A stretch of 64,000 nt of DNA from Escherichia phage vB_EcoM_KWBSE43-6. The stretch is from sequence record NC_048186.1. One strand, given 5' to 3'. The notes under the pieces were generated by a model. It had not been told where the DNA came from and did no database searches. It saw nothing but the letters and a program-made list of their open reading frames with translations. The stretch's first letter is position 1; each line of letters starts with the position of its first letter. The translations under genes and the position numbers were made by a program. Of this stretch, positions 1-9,839 are shown piece after piece.

Positions 1-71
1 GTGAACATGGGATTGAATCTGATCCCGGTAATGCGGAGATTAATACTGATGGCACCCGGTTTCTTGATGGC

Positions 72-998
72 GTGACTATAACCGTCTCTGATATCCGTGA
101 CCGCTGGCTTTCCGTTGAAGGTCGCAATTCTTCTGCGCTGGCTGCTATTGGCGAGACCTTCTGGGTTCTGTCAGGCCGCAATGACATCCGTTTCCTTTCC
201 CGAGTACTCCCCCGCGCGGCCAACTTCTCTGACGATGGTGTAACCTGGCGCGGCGCGTATGGTACACGCCTGTACAATCACGGGCAGCTGGATAGCGTTA
301 TCAGCCGTCTGCGCAAGAATCCAAATACCCGCCAGGCTTATCTGACAATCTACGACCCGGCGCTGGACTCTGATGAAGGTTTGGCCGCTCATAATGAAAC
401 AGGCGAAGCCAAGACCAAGGACATGATTTGTAATTTGGCCCTTTTGTTCTCTATTACAAACGGCTGTCTGAACATGACTGTCATCAACCGTAGCCAGGAT
501 GTTCTTTGGGGAATGTCTTCGATTAACTTCATTGAATTCTCTATTCTTCAAGAAGTGATCGCTAATGTTTTGGGCGTGAACGTCGGCCAGTACAAGTTGT
601 TCTCCAACAATCTTCATTATTACAACAATGAAGTAAGCCAAAAACAGCTGAGTAAGATCACGGCGGATACCGTCGTGGTGGAAGAAGGAATGTTCAAAGA
701 CAAGATTATTTTCAATAATGAAATTGTTGAAGAGCAGAACGGAATCCTGTATATGTTCCGTGACGTGTTGGAAGCGTGTGAAAGTGGATTATCCTGGTCT
801 TCTGTAGTGGGGATGTTGGAACGCTATGGCGCGGACAGAGGGTTGTTGATGCAAATGGCGTATTGTTTGTGGTGCCGTTTGAACGGTGTTCTTATCAATC
901 ATATGTATATTGCTGATGATGGGTTACTGAATGCTCTCCGCCATTCTCCTGTTGATCGCAAATATATGAATCCTCGTTCTTTGGGTGGTGACAAATGA
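72..998 (+). CDS. Pyrimidine (dCMP/dUMP) hydroxymethylase, thymidylate synthase superfamily (T4 gp42-like)
   Basis: Motifs QAYLTIYDP, catalytic-Cys region MICNLALLF and NRSQDVLWG match the ThyA/dCMP-HMase active-site pattern; GTG start overlaps upstream stop (GTGA); about 60 aa C-terminal extension versus T4 gp42. Confidence 0.7.
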   Translation: MTITVSDIRDRWLSVEGRNSSALAAIGETFWVLSGRNDIRFLSRVLPRAANFSDDGVTWRGAYGTRLYNHGQLDSVISRLRKNPNTRQAYLTIYDPALDSDEGLAAHNETGEAKTKDMICNLALLFSITNGCLNMTVINRSQDVLWGMSSINFIEFSILQEVIANVLGVNVGQYKLFSNNLHYYNNEVSQKQLSKITADTVVVEEGMFKDKIIFNNEIVEEQNGILYMFRDVLEACESGLSWSSVVGMLERYGADRGLLMQMAYCLWCRLNGVLINHMYIADDGLLNALRHSPVDRKYMNPRSLGGDK

Positions 999-1564
999 TG
1001 TATCCTAATCTGGAATTCTTCACGGGGCGCAAGCGCTCCGGTAAAGACTTCTGCCTTGAATCTCTGATCAGTTTCTATGAAATTCAGGGTTACAAAGAAA
1101 TCCGTCGTCTTTCATTCTCAGACGAACTGCGCCGGGTGGCCAATTATATCTACCCATGGTTGCCAGTGGACGTAGACGACGCTATCAAGGACGTTCCGTT
1201 CGTTCACCCAGATAACCATCAGGGGTTAACCCCAAGGCAGATCTGGCTCCATCTCGGGAGCGCCTCTGGGCTGCGTTATGTTCAGCCAGACCTATTCCTG
1301 GCGTTTTTTAAACGTTATCAACTTCCTCTCGTTGAGGCTAATCCTCATATCCATTATATCGTCAGTGATTTGCGTACTCCCCAGGAATATGAATGGGCGC
1401 TGAGCACTAAATGTCCTATCACGCGCATTTCAAAGGCAGACCGTGCCGGTATCATAGAAGACGATATAGAGGCGTTCATTGATGAGATGAAGGTCAATTA
1501 TGAATTTGTCAATCCGTTCCAGGGGTGGGCACCATTCGTCAAATTCTATGAGGAAAGGAAATGA
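995..1564 (+). CDS. Deoxynucleoside monophosphate kinase (T4 gp1-like)
   Basis: N-terminal P-loop FFTGRKRSGKDF resembles the T4 gp1 SGVKRSGKD motif; ATGA overlap with upstream gene. Confidence 0.6.
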   Translation: MMYPNLEFFTGRKRSGKDFCLESLISFYEIQGYKEIRRLSFSDELRRVANYIYPWLPVDVDDAIKDVPFVHPDNHQGLTPRQIWLHLGSASGLRYVQPDLFLAFFKRYQLPLVEANPHIHYIVSDLRTPQEYEWALSTKCPITRISKADRAGIIEDDIEAFIDEMKVNYEFVNPFQGWAPFVKFYEERK

Positions 1565-2112
1565 TAACAGCAGATCATATTAAAAGACTGCTCCAACTCC
1601 AAGAGGCCACTAATGTGGCCTACTTTGGGGAAGAGTGGGAAAAGTATTGGACTCACGTTGCCGTAACGAACTCAATTTATCGTGAATGGGCAGAATTCCT
1701 TGATGAAACCACCAAGGATTGGAAGATTTATGGGAATGGTATCCATTTCAATAGAACGGATGCCGTCTATGAATTGGTTGATGTGGTCCATTTTATGCTG
1801 TCTTCCATATTGTCCGGGTATGGTTCTGCGTTCCCGATCGAAATGCAATTTGATCTTTTCTTCAAAGAAGGTCAGGTAATAGATAAATCTGCTAATCTGG
1901 TACATGTCACCGAACGGTTTACAACGTTTATGGGACAACCCGATATCATCCGGTTTGTACGGTTCTTGGTATGCGCCTGTGGTTATCTGGGACTGGACGC
2001 CGAGACATACATGCTGGCACACAAACGCAAAAATGATCGTAATCGGCTGCGCGCTGCAGGCGGCTCTGACTACGACAAATCCAAAGAAATCCCTCTGACC
2101 CTGGAGTTCTAA
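1561..2112 (+). CDS. All-alpha NTP pyrophosphohydrolase-like protein (MazG/dimeric dUTPase-like)
   Basis: Helical composition with E/D-rich motifs (EWAEFLDETTKDW, YELVDVVHFML); position in nucleotide-metabolism operon. Confidence 0.3.
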   Translation: MITADHIKRLLQLQEATNVAYFGEEWEKYWTHVAVTNSIYREWAEFLDETTKDWKIYGNGIHFNRTDAVYELVDVVHFMLSSILSGYGSAFPIEMQFDLFFKEGQVIDKSANLVHVTERFTTFMGQPDIIRFVRFLVCACGYLGLDAETYMLAHKRKNDRNRLRAAGGSDYDKSKEIPLTLEF

Positions 2113-2630
2113 TGTTTACGATTAACATCTCCATTTCGGCCGATAACCTTGAGTCATCGGTTGGCAATTTCATTGAGCACATGAAGCCCTTGGGACATGT
2201 GATACTCAATTGCACGTTAGACGTTGAAGGCGGGGTTGCGGAGATGTTATTCACGACACCCTCTCCAACAGACGCATTCGTCTTGATTGAGCGCTGGGCA
2301 TCGGAGGACATTCCTGTTCCAGCGCCGTTACAGGATATCTATTTCAGCGAGACGATCTACTCACTCCATAGTATGCCCAAGGACGTAAGCCAGGCAGATA
2401 TTGTTCGTCTGATTAATCATAACATGAACTTTGGGTGTATCGTTCGGCGTGATAACTACCGTTTACGCAATCATTTCCTGTATGATAACCAGAACAAAGT
2501 GGATGAAGATCCATTATTATCCATCAAAACCATGCAGGAAGCGATTAATATTTTGTCTAAGAAGGTTCTGGGTGCAGAATTATTAACCACAATTAACAAA
2601 CAAGAGGAAGTAAAATGGCCAGTTCATTAA
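2112..2630 (+). CDS. Hypothetical protein
   Basis: 172-aa ORF, coupled to flanking genes. Confidence 0.45.
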   Translation: MFTINISISADNLESSVGNFIEHMKPLGHVILNCTLDVEGGVAEMLFTTPSPTDAFVLIERWASEDIPVPAPLQDIYFSETIYSLHSMPKDVSQADIVRLINHNMNFGCIVRRDNYRLRNHFLYDNQNKVDEDPLLSIKTMQEAINILSKKVLGAELLTTINKQEEVKWPVH

Positions 2631-3700
2631 TGGATCGCATGTTGAAAGTTGCTAAGAAACATGACGATCAGGCTTCGGTATTGTCTCAGTCAGACGCGCT
2701 CGACCCGAAAATTATCTGCTCGACTGGTATTCCCCTTATTGATATCGCCTGGTCTGGGCGTGTTGATGGCGGTCTGATCTCTGGCATCAAAATGATGGTC
2801 GGTGATTCTCGTACATTCAAAACGATGTTCGGCCTGGTGGACGTCAAAGCGTACATGGATAAATTCCCCGACGCGATCTGTGTATTCGCCGATTCCGAAA
2901 AAGGTGCCAACGCCGATTATTGGACATCCATGGGTATTGACATGGATCGTGTTCTGTATGTCCCGATCGATAACGTTGAACAAACCAAGATCCGTCTGCT
3001 ACAGATTCTTCAGGAAGTGAAGAAAGGCGATAAAGTAATCGTGTTCATCGACTCTATCAGCCAGTTACCTTCCACCAAAGAGGTCGAAGACGCCATCGCT
3101 GGCAAAGATACCCAGGACATGACCCGCGCCCGCGCCCTGAACAGCTTCTGGCGCGTCATTACACCCGAGATTAACAGCAAAGAGCTGGTGTTGGTCTGGA
3201 TCAACTCGTATTATGATGAAATCGGGAACCAATATGCTGAGCCTAACATCAAAGGCGGTAAGCAGGGATTCCTATCATCTAACCTGATTTGGTTCATCAC
3301 CCGTTCACAGGTAAAAGAAGACAAAGACCTGCTGGGGTGGAACTTCAACATCGGCATCATGAAAGGTCGCCATGTTAAAGAGAAAGCCAAACTCCCTGTC
3401 ACGGTTCTGTATGATGGTGGTATTGACCGTTGGAGCGGCATGCTGGAAATTTCTCGGGCGCTTGGCTATGTCGATATGCCGACTTCTGGCTGGTATGTCC
3501 GGACAGCCAAAGGTGGATTTGATCCAGAAAAAGAGAAGAAATACCAGAAGCGTCAAATGGATGATGACTTTTGGTATCCGCTTCTGGAAAACCCGGACTT
3601 CGCCGATGACGTTAAAAAGATGTTCGGCGTTTCCAACGGTACGGTAATGCCTGCGAACATGCTGGAGCAGATGGACCATGTTATCAACACCAGTGAATAA
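2615..3700 (+). CDS. uvsX: UvsX recombinase (RecA-like)
   Basis: Strong T4 UvsX-like motifs: VVFIDSISQLPSTKEVEDA, DMTRARALNSFWR, LYDGGIDRWSGMLE, GWYVR. Confidence 0.9.
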   Translation: MASSLMDRMLKVAKKHDDQASVLSQSDALDPKIICSTGIPLIDIAWSGRVDGGLISGIKMMVGDSRTFKTMFGLVDVKAYMDKFPDAICVFADSEKGANADYWTSMGIDMDRVLYVPIDNVEQTKIRLLQILQEVKKGDKVIVFIDSISQLPSTKEVEDAIAGKDTQDMTRARALNSFWRVITPEINSKELVLVWINSYYDEIGNQYAEPNIKGGKQGFLSSNLIWFITRSQVKEDKDLLGWNFNIGIMKGRHVKEKAKLPVTVLYDGGIDRWSGMLEISRALGYVDMPTSGWYVRTAKGGFDPEKEKKYQKRQMDDDFWYPLLENPDFADDVKKMFGVSNGTVMPANMLEQMDHVINTSE

Positions 3701-4007
3701 CAATGGAGGGGGAGTCACCTCCCCCGTTAATTACGAACTCATCGACCCCGGTGAAGGCCAAATATCCATCGTCCATATTTTGGAGGGCCAATTCCGTGGT
3801 GTCAAATTCCGTATTGGGAAAGTATCCTGGGAATGGTCTGATGACGCACCCCGGCTTATTTTTACCACGGATATTTTGAAGAAACCTTGGCGTATTTTCT
3901 TTAAAGATTTGAAAAATAACGACTTGTTCACTGAAGTGTCAGGCCGTATCTTATTAGACTTAATGCAGAAGAACGCTCAGGAATACAACAAAATTTTGGT
4001 GGGGTAG
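3678..4007 (+). CDS. Hypothetical protein
   Basis: 109-aa ORF between uvsX and helicase. Confidence 0.4.
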   Translation: MLSTPVNNNGGGVTSPVNYELIDPGEGQISIVHILEGQFRGVKFRIGKVSWEWSDDAPRLIFTTDILKKPWRIFFKDLKNNDLFTEVSGRILLDLMQKNAQEYNKILVG

Positions 4008-5441
4008 TTGCCAATGTTACTCGAATCTGTCGTGCTTTCCCAATTGATTTACAATGAAGAATACCAAAGAAAAATATTGCCTTACCTGAAAGCCGATTAT
4101 TTCGAAAATGAAGGTGAGAAGATTATATTCGGATTAATTGACGATTATTCGTCAGAATATAATGCTCGCCCTTCGGTTGATGCTCTGTCTATTATGCTGG
4201 AGAAGACTCCGCTCAACGAGCATGTGTTTGAACAATCAATCGCCGCTCTTTCTAATATCAATGACAATACATTCAATCAGGAATGGTTGGTAAAAGAAAC
4301 TGAGCAATGGGCGCGCAATAAGGCTGTGCACAACGCGATAAAAACAGCTGTTAACATCTATGGTGACAACAAGCGGCAGGAGGAGATGAATAATATCCCC
4401 ACCATCCTGCAAGAAGCGTTGTCTATCAGTTTTGATTCATATCTTGGTCATATCTATTGGGAAATGGCTGCAGAGCAATATGACCATATGAATTCAGCTG
4501 AGGCCAAAATCCCATTCGCTGTTGAAATATTCAACAAGGCTACGCGCGGCGGTGTAGGCAAAAAGACCCTGAACATTGTTACGGGTGCCATCAACGCAGG
4601 TAAGACCACAACCCTGATAGACCTGGCGGCGGGTTATTCAGAGCAGGGGCTGAATGTTTTCGTCTTTACCCTGGAAGTTGCTGAGAACATTTGGCGTCAC
4701 CGTCTTGACGCCCGTATTATGCGACGTGATTTTGAAGTCGTTGAGAAGATGACCCGTGAAGAGTACATCGGGACAATCCAAAAATTAAGGACAAGGGACA
4801 ACGGCTCTCTGAAAGGCGATATCGTCATCAAGGAATACCCATCTGGGGCAGGGCATACTGGATTGTATCGTCGAGATATTCTGGAATATATCTCGTCAAC
4901 AGGCATCTCTCCTGACGTTATCATTATCGACTATCTGGGTGAATCGGCGTCTTCGCGTCTTCCGGCTCATCTTATGAACAACACCAACGTGTACTATACA
5001 TCTGTTGCTCGTGAATTCCGTGCTCTTGGGTTCGAATTTGATTGCCCGGTGTGGACTGGTATGCAGTTCAATCGTGAGAAGCAATCAGCCACAGACGGGG
5101 ATATCAGTGACCTGGCAGATGCTATCGGTATCCCGAAGGTCGCCGACTTCATCATGGCATTCTATGCGCCGGACGAATTGGCTGCAGTCAAGAAGGCCCG
5201 CGCCAGTATCCTCAAAAACCGTTATGCCAACAAACAGAAATTGAAATCGTTCTTGTTTGGTATGGATCAGGATAAGCAGATTTTGTTTGATCTTGACTGG
5301 AATGAGGTTAAGCGAGATCTCACAGAAGAAGAAGCCAAATATGTTGAGAATGTTCATATTAAACATGATATGAACAAAACAGGGAACGTTGTGACCGACG
5401 CGAAGAAAGCGGAAACGGTCAATAACTGGAACTTTGGCTGA
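4008..5441 (+). CDS. 41: Replicative DNA helicase, DnaB family (T4 gp41-like)
   Basis: Walker A GAINAGKTT; N-terminus resembles T4 gp41; 477 aa. Confidence 0.9.
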   Translation: MPMLLESVVLSQLIYNEEYQRKILPYLKADYFENEGEKIIFGLIDDYSSEYNARPSVDALSIMLEKTPLNEHVFEQSIAALSNINDNTFNQEWLVKETEQWARNKAVHNAIKTAVNIYGDNKRQEEMNNIPTILQEALSISFDSYLGHIYWEMAAEQYDHMNSAEAKIPFAVEIFNKATRGGVGKKTLNIVTGAINAGKTTTLIDLAAGYSEQGLNVFVFTLEVAENIWRHRLDARIMRRDFEVVEKMTREEYIGTIQKLRTRDNGSLKGDIVIKEYPSGAGHTGLYRRDILEYISSTGISPDVIIIDYLGESASSRLPAHLMNNTNVYYTSVAREFRALGFEFDCPVWTGMQFNREKQSATDGDISDLADAIGIPKVADFIMAFYAPDELAAVKKARASILKNRYANKQKLKSFLFGMDQDKQILFDLDWNEVKRDLTEEEAKYVENVHIKHDMNKTGNVVTDAKKAETVNNWNFG

Positions 5442-5503
5442 TTTCAATAAACGGATCATGAGGTATAATCTTCATGATCTGAATATAAACCCAGGAGCAC
5501 ATC

Positions 5504-5839
5504 ATGTTGCACAATAATTTCATGGCGGATCTGCTACGCGCCGTTGAGCAGGTGTGCCACACCAAGAAGGATACGATCAATCTAGACTTCGCTCAGACTA
5601 TCGAATTCTTTAAAGCACGCCATGCTTGGAAAGACCACAATGTGAAAGTAATGGCGCAAGAAGGGGAATTGGTTGAACTCGATTTGCCATCATTCCCTTT
5701 ACCGGTACGGACCGAAACTCAGGAACAATACGAAATTGAAGGCGTTCGCATTATTCCTAAGTTTGGTTATCATAGTATCGTTTACTTCTTCCTGAGCCGG
5801 ATTGGGAGAAATATCATCCCGACCGGAATGCGTATCTAA
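5504..5839 (+). CDS. Hypothetical protein
   Basis: 111-aa ORF. Confidence 0.4.
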   Translation: MLHNNFMADLLRAVEQVCHTKKDTINLDFAQTIEFFKARHAWKDHNVKVMAQEGELVELDLPSFPLPVRTETQEQYEIEGVRIIPKFGYHSIVYFFLSRIGRNIIPTGMRI

Positions 5840-5852
5840 TAGAGGGCTTAAC

Positions 5853-6167
5853 ATGTCTGTAGAACAAATTGGTTTTTATGAAATCCCGAACGACCCGGCG
5901 CTGCGCAAGAAACTGTTTGACACCATCGAAAACTGCCGCGCCGCCCAAGTCCGTATCAAATCAGAACAGACGTACATCACTGACGCACTGTCTGAAATCG
6001 GTAAAGCAACGGGCATCAAAGCAGCTGATCTGCGTAAAGTCGTGTCAGACCGCGCCGCTGGTACTTACACCAAGACAATCGAAACCAGCGCCAAATACCA
6101 GGATCTCTACGAATCCCTGTTCCCGAACGCCGCGCCGGATCGTGATCCGAATACTTCCGGCGAATGA
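5853..6167 (+). CDS. Hypothetical protein
   Basis: Start re-picked at ATG 5853 with AGAGGG RBS; followed by terminator. Confidence 0.45.
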   Translation: MSVEQIGFYEIPNDPALRKKLFDTIENCRAAQVRIKSEQTYITDALSEIGKATGIKAADLRKVVSDRAAGTYTKTIETSAKYQDLYESLFPNAAPDRDPNTSGE

Positions 6168-6178
6168 CAGACCCCAAA

Positions 6179-6205
6179 GGCCCAACATTCGTTGGGCTTT
6201 CTTAC
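6179..6205 (+). terminator. Rho-independent terminator
   Basis: GCCCAAC-ATTC-GTTGGGC hairpin followed by TTTCTT. Confidence 0.6.
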
Positions 6206-6285
6206 TTTCAAAACCTTTACTTCAATAAACAACCGCGCTATATTTCATTTTATTGAATTGTTGTTTCTAAATCATGAGGTGAAAG

Positions 6286-7479
6286 ATGGACGCCAAAATC
6301 TACCAGATCCCGCTGGACAATGTCGTCATTGCGCAGGAACGCCTGCAAAAATTAGAGCGCACGGCAAATCGACTGGGGCTGGTATTCCCGACGGTGACCA
6401 TCAGTGAACCATACAGAACCCAACACAAAGATTCTACGTCTGGTGAAATTTTCTATCGTTGGTGGCGGGACATTTCTCTTGAAGGTGAAGGCATTGACCG
6501 CCCGGTTTCATACGGCGGCTGGTCTATCATCGGACAGTTCAATCATCAATATCCAAAGGTCATTCTCAACAAACTGACTGACGACATCGTCCCGCATTTC
6601 ATTCAACGATTCGAGGCAGAGAACGTATCGTGGTGTGAGCATTGCAATAAATCAGTTCGCCGCAATAACACATATGTGGTTCGTAATGAAACCAGCGGAG
6701 CGCAAATGCTCGTCGGTAGCAGCTGCATGCACCATTACGTGCCTCACCAGAAGTCCCTGGATGCCGTAATGGGTTATTACCTGTCCATTCACGAGCTGTT
6801 TAATAACCAGGACGAGGACGGCATCTATGGCGGCGGTACTCCGACGACTGTCGACACCCGGAATTATTTGCGTTTGGTATTCCAGATTTTGTTGACAGGG
6901 GTAGACATCAAATCAGATGTGTATTCAATCGTCATGTCATGCTTCAATGAAGGACAGCCGCCGAAAGACAGATCATCTTTGGCTTGGGATATCTACCACA
7001 AAGCGAAAGAATTTTATTTCGATGCCCTGAGCGAAATGGATCATATGATGGGATTTATTGCATCACTTCCACAGAATAACGATTTCAATGTCAGATTGAC
7101 TCGTATGTGTGAGGCCGGGTATCACCTTATCAAGGATTCCACGACCGTCCGCTGGGGTGCCGTCAAATATTATGAATTTTTACACAAGGGCAACGCACGG
7201 CTGAACAAAATTCAAACCAATTGGGTCGGGGAAATCGGGGAGATGATTGAGAAGACCGTCACCTGCGTTGACCGCAAGTTCCTCTACAGCGGGGATTGGG
7301 GTGATTCCTATCTGTATATCTTCAAAACCGAAGATGGTAGTACGATTACATGGAAGACATCCTATATTGATGCGGATCTGGAAGGACAGATGGTTATCCG
7401 GGGCCGGGTGAAAGAACTGACTGAGTATGAAGATGTCAAACAGACTCAGATTACCAGAGCAAAGTTGAGGACGTTATGA
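6286..7479 (+). CDS. Hypothetical protein with Cys/His cluster
   Basis: 397-aa ORF; WCEHCNK...SSCMHHY possible metal-binding site; function not recognised. Confidence 0.5.
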   Translation: MDAKIYQIPLDNVVIAQERLQKLERTANRLGLVFPTVTISEPYRTQHKDSTSGEIFYRWWRDISLEGEGIDRPVSYGGWSIIGQFNHQYPKVILNKLTDDIVPHFIQRFEAENVSWCEHCNKSVRRNNTYVVRNETSGAQMLVGSSCMHHYVPHQKSLDAVMGYYLSIHELFNNQDEDGIYGGGTPTTVDTRNYLRLVFQILLTGVDIKSDVYSIVMSCFNEGQPPKDRSSLAWDIYHKAKEFYFDALSEMDHMMGFIASLPQNNDFNVRLTRMCEAGYHLIKDSTTVRWGAVKYYEFLHKGNARLNKIQTNWVGEIGEMIEKTVTCVDRKFLYSGDWGDSYLYIFKTEDGSTITWKTSYIDADLEGQMVIRGRVKELTEYEDVKQTQITRAKLRTL

Positions 7480-7616
7480 CATTATTAGAAATGAATGCTG
7501 CGGTGTTAACCAAATTCATCGCAGGTGAACTCAAGATCGGACTCGCCATATTTGGTATCACTACCGTTGCCTTGGCCATATGGGTTCTGATCTATCTGAT
7601 AAAGAGGAAAGGTTGA
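7476..7616 (+). CDS. Small single-TM hydrophobic peptide (not in ORF track)
   Basis: ATGA overlap with upstream stop, GAGG RBS 6 nt upstream; reads MTLLEMNAAVLTKFIAGELKIGLAIFGITTVALAIWVLIYLIKRKG; TGATG coupling to next ORF. Confidence 0.35.
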   Translation: MTLLEMNAAVLTKFIAGELKIGLAIFGITTVALAIWVLIYLIKRKG

Positions 7617-7828
7617 TGGAATGTTCATGTGGAGGGCAGGGGACGAGTTCTTACACCCGTTACCCCACTGTGAAGGAAGCCGAAGCTGCTGGATTCCGCG
7701 TAGAAAAGGCTCCCTGTGTAATCGCCTTGAAAGACTGTCCGGTCTGTAAGAGGCACTCTCAGGACGTCTGGTATGAGCCAGGCGCTCAACCAAAGACAGT
7801 CAATTTGCTGTCCATGATGGGGAAATAA
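7616..7828 (+). CDS. Small Cys-rich protein (putative zinc ribbon)
   Basis: MECSCGG...CPVCKRH; start re-picked at ATG 7616 with AGAGGAAAGG RBS. Confidence 0.4.
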   Translation: MECSCGGQGTSSYTRYPTVKEAEAAGFRVEKAPCVIALKDCPVCKRHSQDVWYEPGAQPKTVNLLSMMGK

Positions 7829-7829
7829 A

Positions 7830-8018
7830 ATGAAAGACGTTACTGATGACCAATTGAAGGAGATGTGGCGGCAAACTCAAATTATCGCTCACAAGAAAAT
7901 GAAAACTATCCGAGCGCTCGAAAATGAACTCGGGGAACTTACCAAGGACTCTACTAATTTAGAGGTCGAATTAATCAAGCGCGGTTATGTTGTCAAGCGC
8001 CGTTTTTGGGAATACTGA
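7830..8018 (+). CDS. Hypothetical protein
   Basis: 62-aa ORF. Confidence 0.35.
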   Translation: MKDVTDDQLKEMWRQTQIIAHKKMKTIRALENELGELTKDSTNLEVELIKRGYVVKRRFWEY

Positions 8019-8019
8019 T

Positions 8020-8361
8020 ATGGCAACTCTCGTAGAAACATTATTTCCTGGCTGCATCATTGGCCGTGGGTGTTCTGAGGCCAGCGGCTTGGAAGCAGAC
8101 GTAGAACCGAAGAACTGTATCATCATTGATAAGTTCCATGACAATCATTATCCTCTGAATCATCGCCGTGATCATTACCTGGTTTCGGTCAATGGTTGCC
8201 TTGTATCCTTGCGTATTTGCCAGGCAATGGATAGTTCCGGGTATGGTGCATTTGCCTATATCCATGATGTGTCTAACGGCGTGTTTGGTCAGGAAACCCT
8301 GATCGAAAAATTCAAAGGATGGAAAGAATCGTTCACTTCTTGTGAACCACCGAAAGAATAA
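8020..8361 (+). CDS. Hypothetical protein
   Basis: Start re-picked at ATG 8020 directly after upstream stop. Confidence 0.4.
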   Translation: MATLVETLFPGCIIGRGCSEASGLEADVEPKNCIIIDKFHDNHYPLNHRRDHYLVSVNGCLVSLRICQAMDSSGYGAFAYIHDVSNGVFGQETLIEKFKGWKESFTSCEPPKE

Positions 8362-8416
8362 TCTATTTCAGTCTTTGGGGTTATAATTGGATTACAAATA
8401 ACCCCGGAGACTCAAG

Positions 8417-9838
8417 ATGATTCCTCTGTTAGAAGCAATTCACACTCTTCGTGAGACCAAAGGCACCAATGCCAAGAAAGAAGTCCTGACACAAATTTTG
8501 AAAGAAAATCCGGACATGGTCGATTTTCTTCAGTATGTGTATGACCCACTTCTTTCTTATTATCGTACAAAGTTTTTACCGAATGCGTTCCCTCGTATGC
8601 TGTCGCGCGGCGTCGTCGGTAGCTGGGATCAGGTGTACGATGTTCTCGACCAGATGAGCGAACGTACCCTCAGCGGGCAGAAAGCCGATCATGAATTATC
8701 GAAAGCGGCGACCAATATTCACCCGGATTACCACGAACTCATCCAGATGATCCTGGACAGGGACATTAAAGCCGGTATTGCTGAAAAGGGAATCAATGCG
8801 GCATTCAACGCAGCGGGCGGGACCGGGCGGCTGATCAACGTACTTCCCTATCATCGTTATGACAACATGACGATTGACCTGCTGAAGAAGATGGACTTCC
8901 GGCGCGGGGTTTACAGTCAGCTGAAATCAGACGGCATGTTTGCCAACATCATCTGCCGACACGGAAAAGAACCCGAAATTCGTTCCCGCTCCGGTTCTCT
9001 TATTGCTGGCGGCTCAGTGGACAACCTATCCCTGGTGTTTAAGGATATCATCTATGATGCTGGAGTTGGCGAGAGCGTGTTCCACGGGGAACTCTTGGTA
9101 GTAGACCTCAAACAAAATACCATCCTGCCTCGTGCTGTCGGCAACGGTAAACTCAACAGCGTGATCCAGACGGGGGAACCTTTACCGGAACAATTCCAGG
9201 TTATCTACCGGGTATGGGATATCGTTCCGTATGAAAAATGGTTCAATGCCGAGCGTGTTGATATCCCATATGAAGCCCGTTACAACATCATCTCCCAAAT
9301 GTTTGACGATGATGGCCTGGTGCAAGTCCAGGAAACCCGTGTTGTTCATTCGTTTGCAGAAGCGGTCGAGCATTTCAAAGACGCGCTATCCCGTAAAGAA
9401 GAAGGCACGATCTGTAAGGCAGCAGATATGCCTTGGGAAGATGGCACAAGTAGCCAAGGTCTCAAACTCAAAATGGAAATTGAGTGTGATCTGGAGATTA
9501 TCGGATTTAATCCCGCTGACGCCAAAGGTAAGCATTCCAAGACGTTTGGGTCGCTACTTTGTAAGACCTCCGATAGTTTACTCATCGTTGGCGTCTCGGG
9601 GATCTCAGATGACCTCAGGAAGTATATGTGGGAACACCAAGACGAGTTCCTGGGTAAGATCGCCGCCGTCCTCTCCAATGGCGTACAGGACAAAACGGAT
9701 GATTCTTTGAAATCATTGTTCCTACCCCGGCTGGTTGAAGTTCGTATTGACAAGAAAGTTGCTAATACGCTCGATGAAGTCTATGAGATTCAAAAAGCGT
9801 ATGTTGAAAACATTCTGGTTCTATTAGAGGCCGCATAA
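8417..9838 (+). CDS. 30: ATP-dependent DNA ligase (T4 gp30-like)
   Basis: Adenylation motif I LKSDGMF (KxDG); 473 aa; N-terminal helical region. Confidence 0.8.
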   Translation: MIPLLEAIHTLRETKGTNAKKEVLTQILKENPDMVDFLQYVYDPLLSYYRTKFLPNAFPRMLSRGVVGSWDQVYDVLDQMSERTLSGQKADHELSKAATNIHPDYHELIQMILDRDIKAGIAEKGINAAFNAAGGTGRLINVLPYHRYDNMTIDLLKKMDFRRGVYSQLKSDGMFANIICRHGKEPEIRSRSGSLIAGGSVDNLSLVFKDIIYDAGVGESVFHGELLVVDLKQNTILPRAVGNGKLNSVIQTGEPLPEQFQVIYRVWDIVPYEKWFNAERVDIPYEARYNIISQMFDDDGLVQVQETRVVHSFAEAVEHFKDALSRKEEGTICKAADMPWEDGTSSQGLKLKMEIECDLEIIGFNPADAKGKHSKTFGSLLCKTSDSLLIVGVSGISDDLRKYMWEHQDEFLGKIAAVLSNGVQDKTDDSLKSLFLPRLVEVRIDKKVANTLDEVYEIQKAYVENILVLLEAA

Positions 9839-9839
9839 A

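Noticed and set aside
5441-5503. Promoter-like sequence after the helicase gene (TATAAT within a hairpin loop, then AATATAAAC)
   Set aside because: Only a partial match to the T4 late consensus TATAAATA and no -35 partner identified; too weak to call.
6286-7479. Assignment as DNA primase (gp61-like)
   Set aside because: Position after the helicase is suggestive, but the Cys/His cluster is mid-protein rather than an N-terminal zinc ribbon and no Toprim acidic motifs were recognised.
8362-8416. Hairpin upstream of DNA ligase (GGGGTTAT ... ATAACCCC)
   Set aside because: No T-run follows, so it is not a canonical terminator; possibly a regulatory structure but unsupported.
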